From NCBI GenBank assembly GCA_965153455.1, contig OZ234493.1, positions 17,350,213 to 17,414,212 on the forward strand: 64,000 nt of DNA, given 5' to 3'. The notes beneath the pieces were generated by a model, which worked only from the letters and a program-made list of their open reading frames with translations, had not been told where the DNA came from and ran no database searches. A program made the position numbers and the translations under genes. This DNA is from Sphagnum compactum. Taxonomy: Eukaryota. Shown piece by piece: positions 11,176-22,636 of this stretch (position 1 is its first letter; each line of letters opens with the position of its first letter).

Positions 11176-12853
11176 AAAGCTGACGACCCGGAGAACCTTC
11201 CGATTGACAGAGGAATCGGCTCACCATTCAGGGAGTGCATTCAAAGATCATCTTTTTCTTAACAATGATGTTGTACAAATCGTGTGGATTCTCTCTTGAG
11301 GTTCTTTTGGCCATTTTCCAAAAGAAATTTGAAAACATTCACCAAAAATATAGAAGGTTGCCTCCCTAAAATCTGCAATTTGTAGAGTTGTCGCCAATGC
11401 ATGTTGGATTCTTTTGGGAATGCTCACCGACGATGCCGCAGCTGCAGGACCGAAAAACAGTGGATTGCACTTGAATTTTGCAGACACATTTTTTTTGCCA
11501 CAAAGCATGCACCTTCTACTTTGCTTTCATGTACCAGGAAATGCAAACTACACGACTGTATCAGCTTCTGCATCCACTTCGTACCTGGAGCTCTCTTAGT
11601 GAATTGTAGATGCTTCGGTGACTCCATTCCGAGAGTTTTCTCATATCTTGCGATCTCCTAGTTTGCTAAACTTCCCCTTCACCTCAATTCGTTACAGATC
11701 GATATCTCCAAGTTCTATCTGCACTCCAAACTTGACTGTTCAAAAAAGGCTGGTCAGTGTTACCAGAATAACTGGCACTGTAACGGGCGTTACCGGTTAT
11801 GTTATTCTTAACTACGCAGAATGTCACAACCGGTTGTGACCACGAATGCTCATGCAACCTCCATTTTGACTTGTGATAGGATAGCCTCACAGAATTCTGG
11901 AAGAATTAGTAAATCGTACAGCAAAAAGATGAGCTGGCTTCACGACCAGCGGCAGCATTGTCTGAGGTGCGTTCCTTGAAGGAGCCTATTGATTCAAAAA
12001 GGTTGAAATTGACTTCAACATGTCATTTTTTAGTGGCGAGTACAAAGCTGACGACCTTAAGACCCTAAACCCGATTGACAGAGGAATCAGCTCACCCTTC
12101 AAGTAGTGTATTCGAAGAGATCGTTTTTTTCTCTTAACAATGGTGTTGTACAAATCTTGTCTCTCCTGAGGTTCTTTTGGCCATTTTCCAAAAGAAATTT
12201 GAAAAACATCCACCGGAAATATTGAAGGTTGCTTCCCTAAAATCTACAATTTGTACAGTTGTCGCCAATGGATGCTAGATTCTGCTGCAAGACCGAAAAA
12301 ATAGTGGATTGCACTTGAATTGCAAGACACATTTTTTTCACCACAGAGCATGCACCCTTTACTTTGTTTTCGTGTACCAAGAAATGCAAACTACACGACT
12401 GTATCAGCTTCTTCATCCACTTCGTACCTGGAGCTTTCTTAGTGAATTGAAGATGCTTCTATTACTCTGTTCCGAAAGTTTTCTCATATCTTGCGATCTC
12501 CTAGTTTGCTAAACTTCCACTTCACCTCAATTCATTACAGATCGATACCTCCAGGTTCTATCTGCACTCCAAGCTTGACTGTTCAAAAAAGCTGGTCAAT
12601 GTTACAAGAATAACTGGCACTGTAAAGGGCATTACCGGTTATGTCATTCGTGTTGTGATCACGAATGCTCATGCAACTTCAATTTCGACTTGTGATAGGA
12701 TGGCCTCACAGAATTCTCGAAGGATTAGTAGACCGTACGGACCCAAGATGAGCTGGCTTCACGACCAGCAGCAGTATTGTCTGAAGTGCGTTCCTTTAAG
12801 GAGCCTATTGATTCAAAAAGGTGGAAATTGACTTCGACGTGTCATTTTCTATT
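11151..12853 (+). repeat. Two-copy tandem duplication (~850-bp unit)
   Basis: GGCGAGTAAAAAGCTGACGACC near 11168 and GGCGAGTACAAAGCTGACGACC near 12036; colinear through GGAGCCTATTGATTCAAAAAGG near 11980 and 12800. Confidence 0.9.
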
Positions 12854-13124
12854 GAAACTGGACGTTCGAGGGAGCGACTCACATAAACATTCACATTTCA
12901 CCGAGGTGGGAAAGAGCCAGCAACGAATCAAAGTTCTCGTTCAAGGTGAAAGTACCACGTCGTCAGGTCAAATGGTAGGCTGGGCAATCTCTGAATCGAT
13001 GCACCAAGAAGATGCGACTGGTGATCTAATTTCTCCGGCCCCAGCCAACACGACTTACTCCTGCGATGTGTGCGGTCCCTTCAGTTGCCATACCGGCAAG
13101 GATTCCTCCTTCGTCGAACCGAAC

Positions 13125-16100
13125 GTTTGTGGACATTTTTTGTGGAGAGATTATGATATACTTGTCCATACTACTTTTGTTTTTTCACAAGCTCCGGTCT
13201 TTTACTTCTGCTTCTAGAACCAACACTAAGTTTGGTTCGAGTTTTGCCTCTAGAGTCAAGACTAAGTTTGGTTCGGGTTGTAGCTGCAAACCTTGTTTGG
13301 AACCCGGATTCCGATATCAGACTGCAGCTCGAATGAGGACCCTAGTGATGTTTTGGATTCGCTGATGTATCATGAGTGCTTGTCAACATGTTTATTGAGT
13401 CTCAGATTGCTGCCAGAATAATGCAAGAGAATTAATGTAGGATGCAGATTTTGTAGAGCTGTCTGTGGACATTTTTTGCGGAGAGATTATGGTATACTTG
13501 TCCGTACTACTTTTGTTTTTTCAAAAGCACCGGCCTTTGACTTTTGCTTCTAGCACCAACACTGAGTTTCGTTTGAGTTCTGCCTCTAGACTCAAGACTG
13601 AGTTCGGTTCGGGTTGCAGCTGCGGATCTTGTTGGGAACCCGGATTCGGATATCAGACTGCAGCTCGAATGAGGACACTACCGATGTTTTGGATTAGCTA
13701 ATGTATCATGAGTGCTTGTCAACATCTTTATTGAGTCTTCGGATTGCTGCCAGAATAATGCAAGAGAAATGCTGGATGCTGGATGCTGATTTTGTATAGT
13801 TGTTCCTGGACATTTTTTGTGGAGAGATTATGGTATACTTGTCCATATTACTTTTGTTTTTTCAAAAGTTCCGGCCTTTTACTTCTGCTTCTAGAACCAA
13901 CACTCAGTTTGGTTCGAGTTTTGCCTCTAGACTCAAGACTAAGTTTGGTTCGGGTTGCAGCTGCGAATCTTGTTTGGAACCCGGATTTGGATACCAGACT
14001 GCAGCTTGAATGAGGACCCTAGTGATGTTTCGGATTGGCTAATGTATCATGAGTGCTTGTCGACATCTTTATTGAGTCTTCAGATTGCTGCGAGAATAAT
14101 GTAAGAGAATTCATGCAGGGTGCACATTTTGTACAGTTGTTTGTGGACATTATTTGTGGAGAGATTATGGTGTACTTTTCCATACTACTTTTGTTTTTTC
14201 AAAAGCTCCGGCCTTCTACTTCTGCTTCTGGAACCAACACTGAGTCTGGTTCGAGTTCTACCTCTAGGCTCAGGACTAAGTTTGGTTTGGGTTGCAGCTG
14301 CGGATCTTGTTGGGAACCCGGATTCGGATATCAGACTGCAGCTCGAATGAGGACCCTAGTGATTTTTTGGATTGGCTAATGTATCATGAATGCTTGTCAA
14401 CATCTTTATTGAGTCTCAGGTTGCTGCCAGAATAATGCAAGAGAAATGCAGGATGCAGATTTTGTATAGCTGTTTGTGGACATTTTTTGTGGAGAGGTTA
14501 TGGTATATTTGTCCATACTACATTTGTTTTTTCAAAAGCTCTGGCCTTCTGACTTCTGCTTCTAGAACCAACGCTAAGTTTGGTTCGAGTTCTGCCTTTA
14601 GACTCAAGACTAAGTTTGGTTCGCGTTGCAGCTGCGGATCTTGTTTGGAACCCGGATTTGGATACCAGACTGCAGCTTGAATGAGGACCCTCGTGATGTT
14701 TCGGATTGGCTAATGTATCATGAGTGCTTGTCAACATCTTTATTGAGTCTTCAGATTGCTGCGAGAATAATGCAAGAGAATTAATGCAGGGTGCAGATTT
14801 TGTATAGTTGTTTGTGGACATTTTTTGTGGAGAGATTATGGTGTACTTTTTTCATACTACTTTTGTTTTTTCAAAAGCTCCGGCCTTTTACTTCTGCTTC
14901 TAGAACCAACACTCAGTCTGGTTCGAGTTCTCCTTCTAGACTCAAGACTAAGTTCGGTTCGCGTTGCAGATGCGGATCTTGTTTGGAACCTAGATTCGGA
15001 TATCAGACTGCAGCTCGAATGAGGACCCTAGTGATGTTTTGGATTGGCTAATGTATCATGAGTGCTTGTCAACATCTTTATAGAGTCTCAGGTTGCTGCC
15101 AGAATAATGCAAGAGAAATGCAGGATCCAGATTTTGTATAGCTGTTTGTGGACATTTTTTGTGGAGAGATTATGGTATACTTGTCCATACTACATTTGTT
15201 TTTTCAAAAGCTCCGGCCTTTGACTTCTGCTTCTACCACTAACACTGAGTTTGGTTCGAGTTCTGCCTCTAGACTCAAGACTATGTTGGGTTCGGGTTGT
15301 AGCTGCGAATCTTGTTTTGAACCCGGATTTGCATATCAGACTGCAGCTTGAATGAGGACCCTCGTGATGTTTCGGATTGGCTAGTGTATCATGAGTGCTT
15401 GTCAACATCTTTATTGAGTGTTCAGATTGCTGCCAGAATAATGCAAGAGAATTAATGCAGGATGGAGATTTTGTATAGTTGTTTGTGGACATTTTTTTGT
15501 GGAGAGATTATGGTGCCCTTTTTCCATACTACTTTTGTTTTTCGAAAAGCTCCGGCCTTTTACTTCTACTTCTAGAACCAACACTCAGTCTGGTTCGAGT
15601 TCTGCTTCTAGACTCAAGACTAAGTTGGGTTCAGGTTGCAGCTGCGGATCTTGTTTGGAACCCAGATTCGGATATCAGACTGCAGCTTGAATGGGGACTC
15701 TACGGATGATTTGGATTCGCTAATGTATCATGAGTGCTTGTGAACATCTTTATTGAGTCTTCAGATTGCTGCCAGAATAATGCAAGAGAATTAATGTAGG
15801 ATGCAGATTTTGTAGAGATGTCTGTGGACATTTTTTGCGGAGAGATTATGGTATACTTGTCCGTACTACTTTTGATTTTTCAAAAGCTCCGGCCTTTCAC
15901 TTCTGCTTCTAGAACCAACACTGAGTTTGGCTCCAGTTATGCTTCGAGACTCAAGAGTAAATTTGGTTCGGGTTGCAGCTGCGAATCTTATTTCGAACCC
16001 AGATTCGGATATCAGACTGCAGCTCGAATGAGGACACTACTGATGTTTTGGATTCGCTGATGTATCATGAGTGCTCGTCAACATCTTTATTGAGTCTTCA

Positions 16101-17020
16101 GATTACTGCCAGAATAATGCAAGAGAAATGCAGGATGCAGATTTTGTAGAGCTGTCTCTGCACATTTTTTTGTGGAGAGATTATGGTATACTTGTCCATA
16201 CTACATTTGTTTTTTCAAAAGCTCCGGCCTTTGACTTCTGCTTCTACCACCGACACTGAGTTTGGTTCGAGTTCTGCCTCTAGACTCAAGACTAAGTTCG
16301 GTTCGGGTTGTAGCTGCGGATCTTGTTTGGAACCCGGACTCGGATATCAGACTGCAGCTTGAATGAGGACACTAGTGATGTTTCGGATTGGGTAATGTAT
16401 CATGAGTGCTTGTCAACATCTTTATTGAGTCTTCGGATTGCTGCCAGAATAATGCAAGAGAAATGCAGGGTGCAGATTTTGTAAAGCTGTTTGTGGACAT
16501 TTTTTGTGAAGAGATTATGGTACACTTGTCCATACTACATTTGTTTTTTCGAAAGCTCCGGCCTTTTTCCTTCTGCTTCTAGAACGAACATTAAGTTTTG
16601 TTCGAGTTCTACTTCTAAACGCAAGAATAAGTTTGGTTCGGGTTGCAGTTGCGGATCTTGTTTTCAACCCGGATTTGGATATCAGACTGCAGCTTGAATG
16701 GGGACTCTACGGATGATTTGGATTCGCTAATGCATCATGAGTGCTTGTGAACATCTTTATTGAGTCTTCAGATTGCTGCCAGAATAATGCAGGAGAAATG
16801 CTGGATGAGGATTTTGTATAGCTATTTGTGGACATTCTTTTTGGAGAGGTTATGGTATATTTGTCCATACTACTTTTGTTTTTTCAAAAGCTCCGGCCTT
16901 TCACTTCTGCTTCTAGAACCAACACTGAGTTTGGCTCAAGTTATGCTTCGAGACTCAAGAGTAAATTTGGTTCGGGTTGGAGCTGCGGATTTTGTTTTGA
17001 ACCCGGATTCGGATATCGGA
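13125..17020 (+). repeat. Tandem satellite array, ~335-340-bp monomer, ~12 copies
   Basis: GGACATTTTT..GGAGAGATTATGGT starts near 13131, 13467, 13808, 14146, 14478, 14816, 15150, 15487, 15826, 16160, 16495 and 16829. This explains the repeated short ORFs in the track. Confidence 0.97.
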
Positions 17021-18087
17021 CTCGGAGAAGGTTGTTTGACTTCTCCCAGGGTTTACATTGATCTCATATCTTGGATATCATAATCGTATTGAAAGCACAA
17101 CAGTTTCAGAAAGTCACCGTTTATCCTCCTCCAACTTCGACCGAAGTTCTGGACACCTTGCTTTGGCAACACAAACAGAGATAGGTTTTGAGTATTCAGA
17201 GCATGCATAGTGTCTACATTTCAGCTGACTGCTTGTCTTTCTTGGAGTTTTCTTCTCGTGCTGCGAGCCTGGGAGGACGAGTTTCTCGGAATGGACGATG
17301 TGTTTTTCAGGACTTTTGTTCACAATAGTTGCAACGAGATTTGTTTCTCAGTTATGAGTGAGTGTTTCGACTACTTTGGAGTGGTCGGGTGCTCTTTTCG
17401 TACAACAATTGCTGGGGGTTGGTGCAGGTCGTTGGATTCGTTTATAGCTCTGAGCTATGTGCATCATGTGGATTGTGCTCACATCAATTCCTCCGAGAAG
17501 GTTGAAGACCCTTGTTCATGATCTGCAAGGTCATTTCTGCAACTACCGAGACAGCTGATAGAAGGACCGGTCTTAATTAGTCAACGGCCAGGAAGAAGAT
17601 TTGAAACCTGTATGTTATATGAACTAGGAAAAATGTGGATTTCTGAAAGTACCCAATTGTGCATGGATATGGCGGGTAAGTCAACTTACGGGGAAGGCAG
17701 AGGTCACATTTGCAGAGCGTTTCACGTCCGGTAATCAGCAACAGGCCATGGCAGCACCGCGACTAATTCACCGAATAGTCCCTCACAGTCCGACGTATTT
17801 ACCGGGTATGATAAAAATGATTACCATCATCGAACATGGGTTTGCATTTTTAGTGGTTTTGTATGGAGGCATCCCTTTCACCTTAAAGAGCCAAATCCCA
17901 GTGCATAAATTGTTGTTGTCGGTGCAAAAGGGGTTGATACATTCATAAGGCGAGAAGCATCAGAGCCTCTAATGTTGTGTTGCGATCGTATTACTTACGG
18001 GAAATTTGAAGCTCATTGAGATGCGCCGTAGATTTCTGGTGTACAATTGTGAGTCCTAAATTCTGGTTCCATCTTGCTCTTGCGCAG

Positions 18088-18640
18088 GGTTTTCCACCGG
18101 GCGTTCATCGATACTGATCTTAGCATTTAATTTGGCGGCATACTACAACTAGGTGGGGATTACGGAAAGATAAAATATTTGACTTGTTTGCGGACCATTT
18201 TCTTAACTTTCAGGCACTATCTTATTCCCTTACTCGCGTTGATTTATCCTCTCTACCGACCAATTCACTCAGGGACAATCACCAAATGTTTTGTTTAGGA
18301 AGGCAATTTGTAGCTTTCCTTTCGAAGGTGGACGCTGATAGATAGTCCGAACGTTCCTCTCCTCTGGCGTGCGCGGTCTGATGGGTGCACAGCTCGGTGG
18401 CGCTGGTGCTCATCCATATGTACATGTATGGATGGAACTTGTACATGCGGAAGCGTGCTCGCATGGACTACACCTTCGTCTTCGAGTTTTCCCGTGGTTC
18501 CGAGCTTCACTGTGAGGAAGCCCTCCTAGTCTGCACAGCACTAACCACTGCGCTTATAGGAGCTACGGTGATGCATTTGAGCATCCGTTCAATGTTGTTT
18601 CATGCACAAGCATCCGCTGATGTTGACCTCATTCTTGTGG
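18088..18640 (+). pseudogene. PHO1: PHO1-family (SPX-EXS phosphate exporter) internal gene fragment
   Basis: Exon from ~18393: SVALVLIHMYMYGWNLYMRKRARMDYTFVFEFSRGSELHCEEALLVCTALTTALIGATVMHL, matching the EXS-domain motif HMxMYGxNxxxWxRxRINYxFIFEF. A degenerate upstream exon (GFSTGRSSILILAF) begins near 18088. No SPX domain or C-terminus. Confidence 0.85.
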
Positions 18641-20729
18641 TAGTTACGTTGATCGGTTGCAAAATTGGATATCCTCACGTTCTGAAGAACAAATTTGGCT
18701 CGAAAGACTTCCAAACCAGATTTTGCTCTAGACCAGCCGAATGCAACGCATCTTGCCTCATCATCGTATGTATAGGACTTGGAAACACTTCCTCATGGGT
18801 CAATTCCGGGGTGTCCCACGGTTTCAATGAATTGCAATAGAGTTGCCACCCGTGTTACGTCTATGGCGGTCGTTCGGCGTTCGATTCATTCTCCTTCCTT
18901 GCACCCCCTTAGGAAGGTTTGCTCCTTGCGACTCACACGCAATATTTTCACCAATTGATGGTCGGTCGGTCTAAATGACTAACGAATGGGTGACGTACTC
19001 TATGCTGACTGGTTCCTTCTGAACAAATTTTGTCGCATGATTGATTCGTGATGAAGCTCATAAGCTGGCAAAGTCGGTGGATCTGGCAGTAAACCTAGGA
19101 TAAATCAGAAATCATGTACTTGGGACGATGTTGAATTCGTTACAGGCAACGGTATCCATATCGAGAGCGAAAGTCTTGATTACTAAGATAGGACATTTGT
19201 CCCAGTAGACAAAGTAGTCATCGGATCGATGTTTTGGAACTTCAATTCGTCGGCATGTTTCTTCACATGTTCCTCAGATATCTGGAGCTTGCTGCAGAAG
19301 AAATGCAATGTTCTTTTTTATCGTGCAATGTTCTACGCAGATGTTAAAACTTTGTGAGTTAGACCAAATTTCAATTTTGGACGAAGTGGTAGTTGGTGCG
19401 TGAACCATGTGGCTTGCAATCATGGGGAATTGCGGCGGAGGTTTGAACCAAGGTGTTCTAAACCGTCGCGGAGGCTCTAGGTGCCCGACGTTGCCTGCAT
19501 GAAGTTTTGTAATTCCATAACATGAGTCGTGCTTCTGTTCGACCGGGTTTTAGGGTGCGCCTTGTGAATCGGGTCAGTGGAAACATTCTCCGACGGATAG
19601 CACTGTTTATGGATGATGTAACCCTCGGTATTGATTATCGTTCGTTAAACCTGAGATACGGACACAAAGTTTTTCCCTACATGTTGTTGCGATGTCATAT
19701 GTCTTGCAACCCACGGTGCGCCCTGGGCAATTTACGGATGCTTTTGCTGCGATGTGCCCATAACACGTTTACGACGCCATAAGTTCCACGGTGAATACGA
19801 CATAGACTTACTGTGGAACGTCCTATTTGCAATTGTGTCGTTTGAACCCTAATACAATACATCTTGTTAGTAGACAGCTGCAATCTGCATTGCGCGACGG
19901 TGATCAATCGAGTGCAACATGATTCGTCGAAGAAACAAACATGCAGTCGTGTCTAAAATGAATGAAGGTTGCGTACCCTGGGAAACTTAAAATCCTAGGG
20001 ATAATCTGTGAAACTTGGCTGAGTCTGATGGAGAGAGGATCAAACCCATGACCCCGAGTCATTCCTAGCAAACTGAATGTGACTGGCATTGACTCGAACT
20101 ACTTCTCGTTGCTTATCTCCGTTGATGTTTGTTTGGGCAGTCCGGTGGCTGAACTCTTGGGCTCGCATAACACCGAGGAAGAAGTAGCCCACTACCGAAA
20201 TCATGCACGAGTTCCTTGGGCTCTTTACCCTGGGCTCGATCCATCGAGTTTTGATTTTCCTTTCTTATCGTCTTTGTTCTCGTCGCACCCCTGGCTTAGT
20301 ACAGCCGGAACCCTGGCTGCTTCAAGTCGTATTCTCGGCCTTCCTATCGTGTGTGCTGTGATCGTTGCGGCGGGCATGAACCTTGCAAGCCTGCGTTCAA
20401 ATCTGCGGAGAGATAAAAACAACGATCGAAAAACACTTACGCTTCATAAATTATTTCTCGTTTTGTGGTTATTATTGAAGAACAAGGCTATTCGAAAATA
20501 AAACAAAATAGCCTGAGAAATTGAAAAATGAAAAATAAATAAATAAATAAAAAGGAAAAAAAGAATCATCAGAAAAAATATTAGTAATCTTTTTCGTTCT
20601 GTGGAAATGAAATTTCACTTTCTAATTATTATTTAGAAAACCTTTTTGAAAAAAAATTGAAAAAGAAAAGGAATGCAAAAAACACAAAGAAAGAAAGACC
20701 GAAACAAAAAAAAGATAAAGAAATGGGGA

Positions 20730-21595
20730 TCTTATATTCTTATATAGTAAACGACGTCGTGGACGAGATGAAGCTTTCCATCCATCCGTCCGTCGCGTCA
20801 TCCATCTTCTCATCTGCCCGTCATCCATCCAAACACAACAAATATATATCTTAAAAAGGGACCTTAAATGTACCCATATCCCCGTCCTCCTTCCACCCTA
20901 AACCCATATATCTAGGGGTACCCATTTTCCCCCTCCCCCTCAACAGTAAAAAAAAAAATTAAAAAAATGCATCAAGGTGCACCCCTAAACCCCCCCTCGC
21001 ACAATCAACCCAATATAAACCCTGCCCCTTCTCCACAGTAAAAAGTAATTTCCTAAAACTTACGAGTAGTAAAAAAAGTAACAAAACTTACCCCTTTCAC
21101 CAGTAAAAAGTAACTTACAAAACTTACGACCAGTAAAAAAAGTAACTAAAAGTGAAAAAAGTCAACAAAAACAGCCCGGCATCGCGCGAAAACAGCCCGG
21201 CACTCCTGTGTATTTTCTCTGGTCAAACAGCCCCCAGCCCCCGGCATTACACTCGTAATGCTCCGATTACTAAGATAGGTGCACCCTTTCTCCCCCCCCC
21301 CTCCCACAATGAATAGAATATAAACCCTGGCCCTCCTGGCCCAGTAAAAAGTAATTGTTGAAAGTTACAAGCAGTAAAAAAGTAACAAAAAGTAACAAAC
21401 TTTACCCCTGTTTCAGCAGTAAAAAGTAACTTATAAAAGTTATGCGCAGTAAAAAAAAGTAACAAAAAGTGAAAAAGGTCAACAAATACAACCCCGCACT
21501 AGGCTCAAACAGCCCCGCACTACAGTCTCTTTTTGGTGGTCAAACAGCCCCCAGCCCCGCGCACTGCGAGCGTAGTGCGCAAATCATATGTATAG
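20730..21595 (+). mobile_element. Non-autonomous Helitron-like element with two tandem 3'-end hairpins
   Basis: 5' A|TCTTATAT..., then CCATCCATCCGTCC as in the 48716-49345 element. Hairpin GCATTAC-ACTC-GTAATGC followed by CTAA (21270-21273); second hairpin GCGCACT..AGTGCGC near 21560; internal CAGTAAAAA repeats. Confidence 0.55.
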
Positions 21596-21773
21596 GAACT
21601 TGTCACGGGTCACAAATTTGATTTTCCTGCTCTGTTGAAATGACTTCTTAACATATTGTAAATCGCATCTGTTCTAGGAGCCTCCGCATGCAACAATAAT
21701 GTTGAATGTGATGGTGTCTGGATATTGAACTTCTTGATGAAAGCATCAGCTTTCTTTTCGAGTCTTACTGCAG

Positions 21774-22636
21774 CTGAAGTCAATCTTAACTGAAGAGCAA
21801 GGGTATCCAGCTCAATCGGTTGTGATAGTACATTCACGCCATCATTTTGAATATGAAGGTGGCCACGTCAAGGTACACCTTTCATGGATTACAGCTGCCT
21901 CAGTTTCATTTTCCAGAAACTGATGAAAAGTTTCTATGACCCCGTTGGTGATTACGATGTTTCACCTCTTCGATTCATGGATTGGTTACGATTGATGACT
22001 GTCCTCGTTTACCCTGTCTTGTCAGGGTGCGGTTAATCTTAGAGACCCCGGTGCTATTGAGGAATTCTACTCTAGGAACATCCATGTTGGGAAGCAGATT
22101 GCAATTGTCTTCCACTGTGAGTTCTCTTCCTCAAGGGCACCGAAGCTGTAAGTACACATACATCTTAAACCTTGGCTTCTTGCCTATGAATTGTCATACA
22201 TACCTTCGGTGTTAAGGTGATTAATTGTTCACATAGATATACGTATTTCTGATAGTTCTTGGTAGTGATGATTTTTCTGGTATCTTTGCTTAGGGGTTTT
22301 AGCAACGTATATCACTCCTAATTGGAGACGGTATATGACCTGTGTGCTCCAGCGTGCTTGAGAACTCTCCCGAAAAGTTCCATGTTGCCAAGCTCATAGA
22401 CTTGGTCTCCACGTATTTGGTTTAGTTCATTGCAAGCTGTTTGTATGTAGAAGCTGGGTTCTGCTTTGTGAGTTGCATGTAGACTTTACACTTGTATTTC
22501 TCATATTTTCATTTGCAGTTTTGAGCACATGCGCAACTTGGACAGGCTGGCACATATGGAAACCTATCCAGAGTTGGCATTCCCAAACATGTTTCTTCTA
22601 AAAGGGGGGTACAAGGCCTTCTTTGAGCTTTATTCG
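21774..22636 (+). pseudogene. CDC25: Cdc25 (M-phase inducer phosphatase) catalytic-domain fragment, 3 exons (21774-21872, 22026-22147, 22519-22636)
   Basis: Spliced translation: LKSILTEEQGYPAQSVVIVHSRHHFEYEGGHVK|GAVNLRDPGAIEEFYSRNIHVGKQIAIVFHCEFSSSRAPKL|FEHMRNLDRLAHMETYPELAFPNMFLLKGGYKAFFELYS. It has the HCEFSxxR active-site loop and the EYEGGH.KGAVN and GGYK.FF signatures. The usual DCR motif reads HSR. Confidence 0.9.

Noticed and set aside
13066-17083. Many similar short ORFs (DIFCGEIMVYLSILLLFFQK...) suggesting a peptide gene family or CRISPR-like array
   Set aside because: They are translations of a tandem satellite with frame-disrupting indels. There are no unique spacers and no cas genes.
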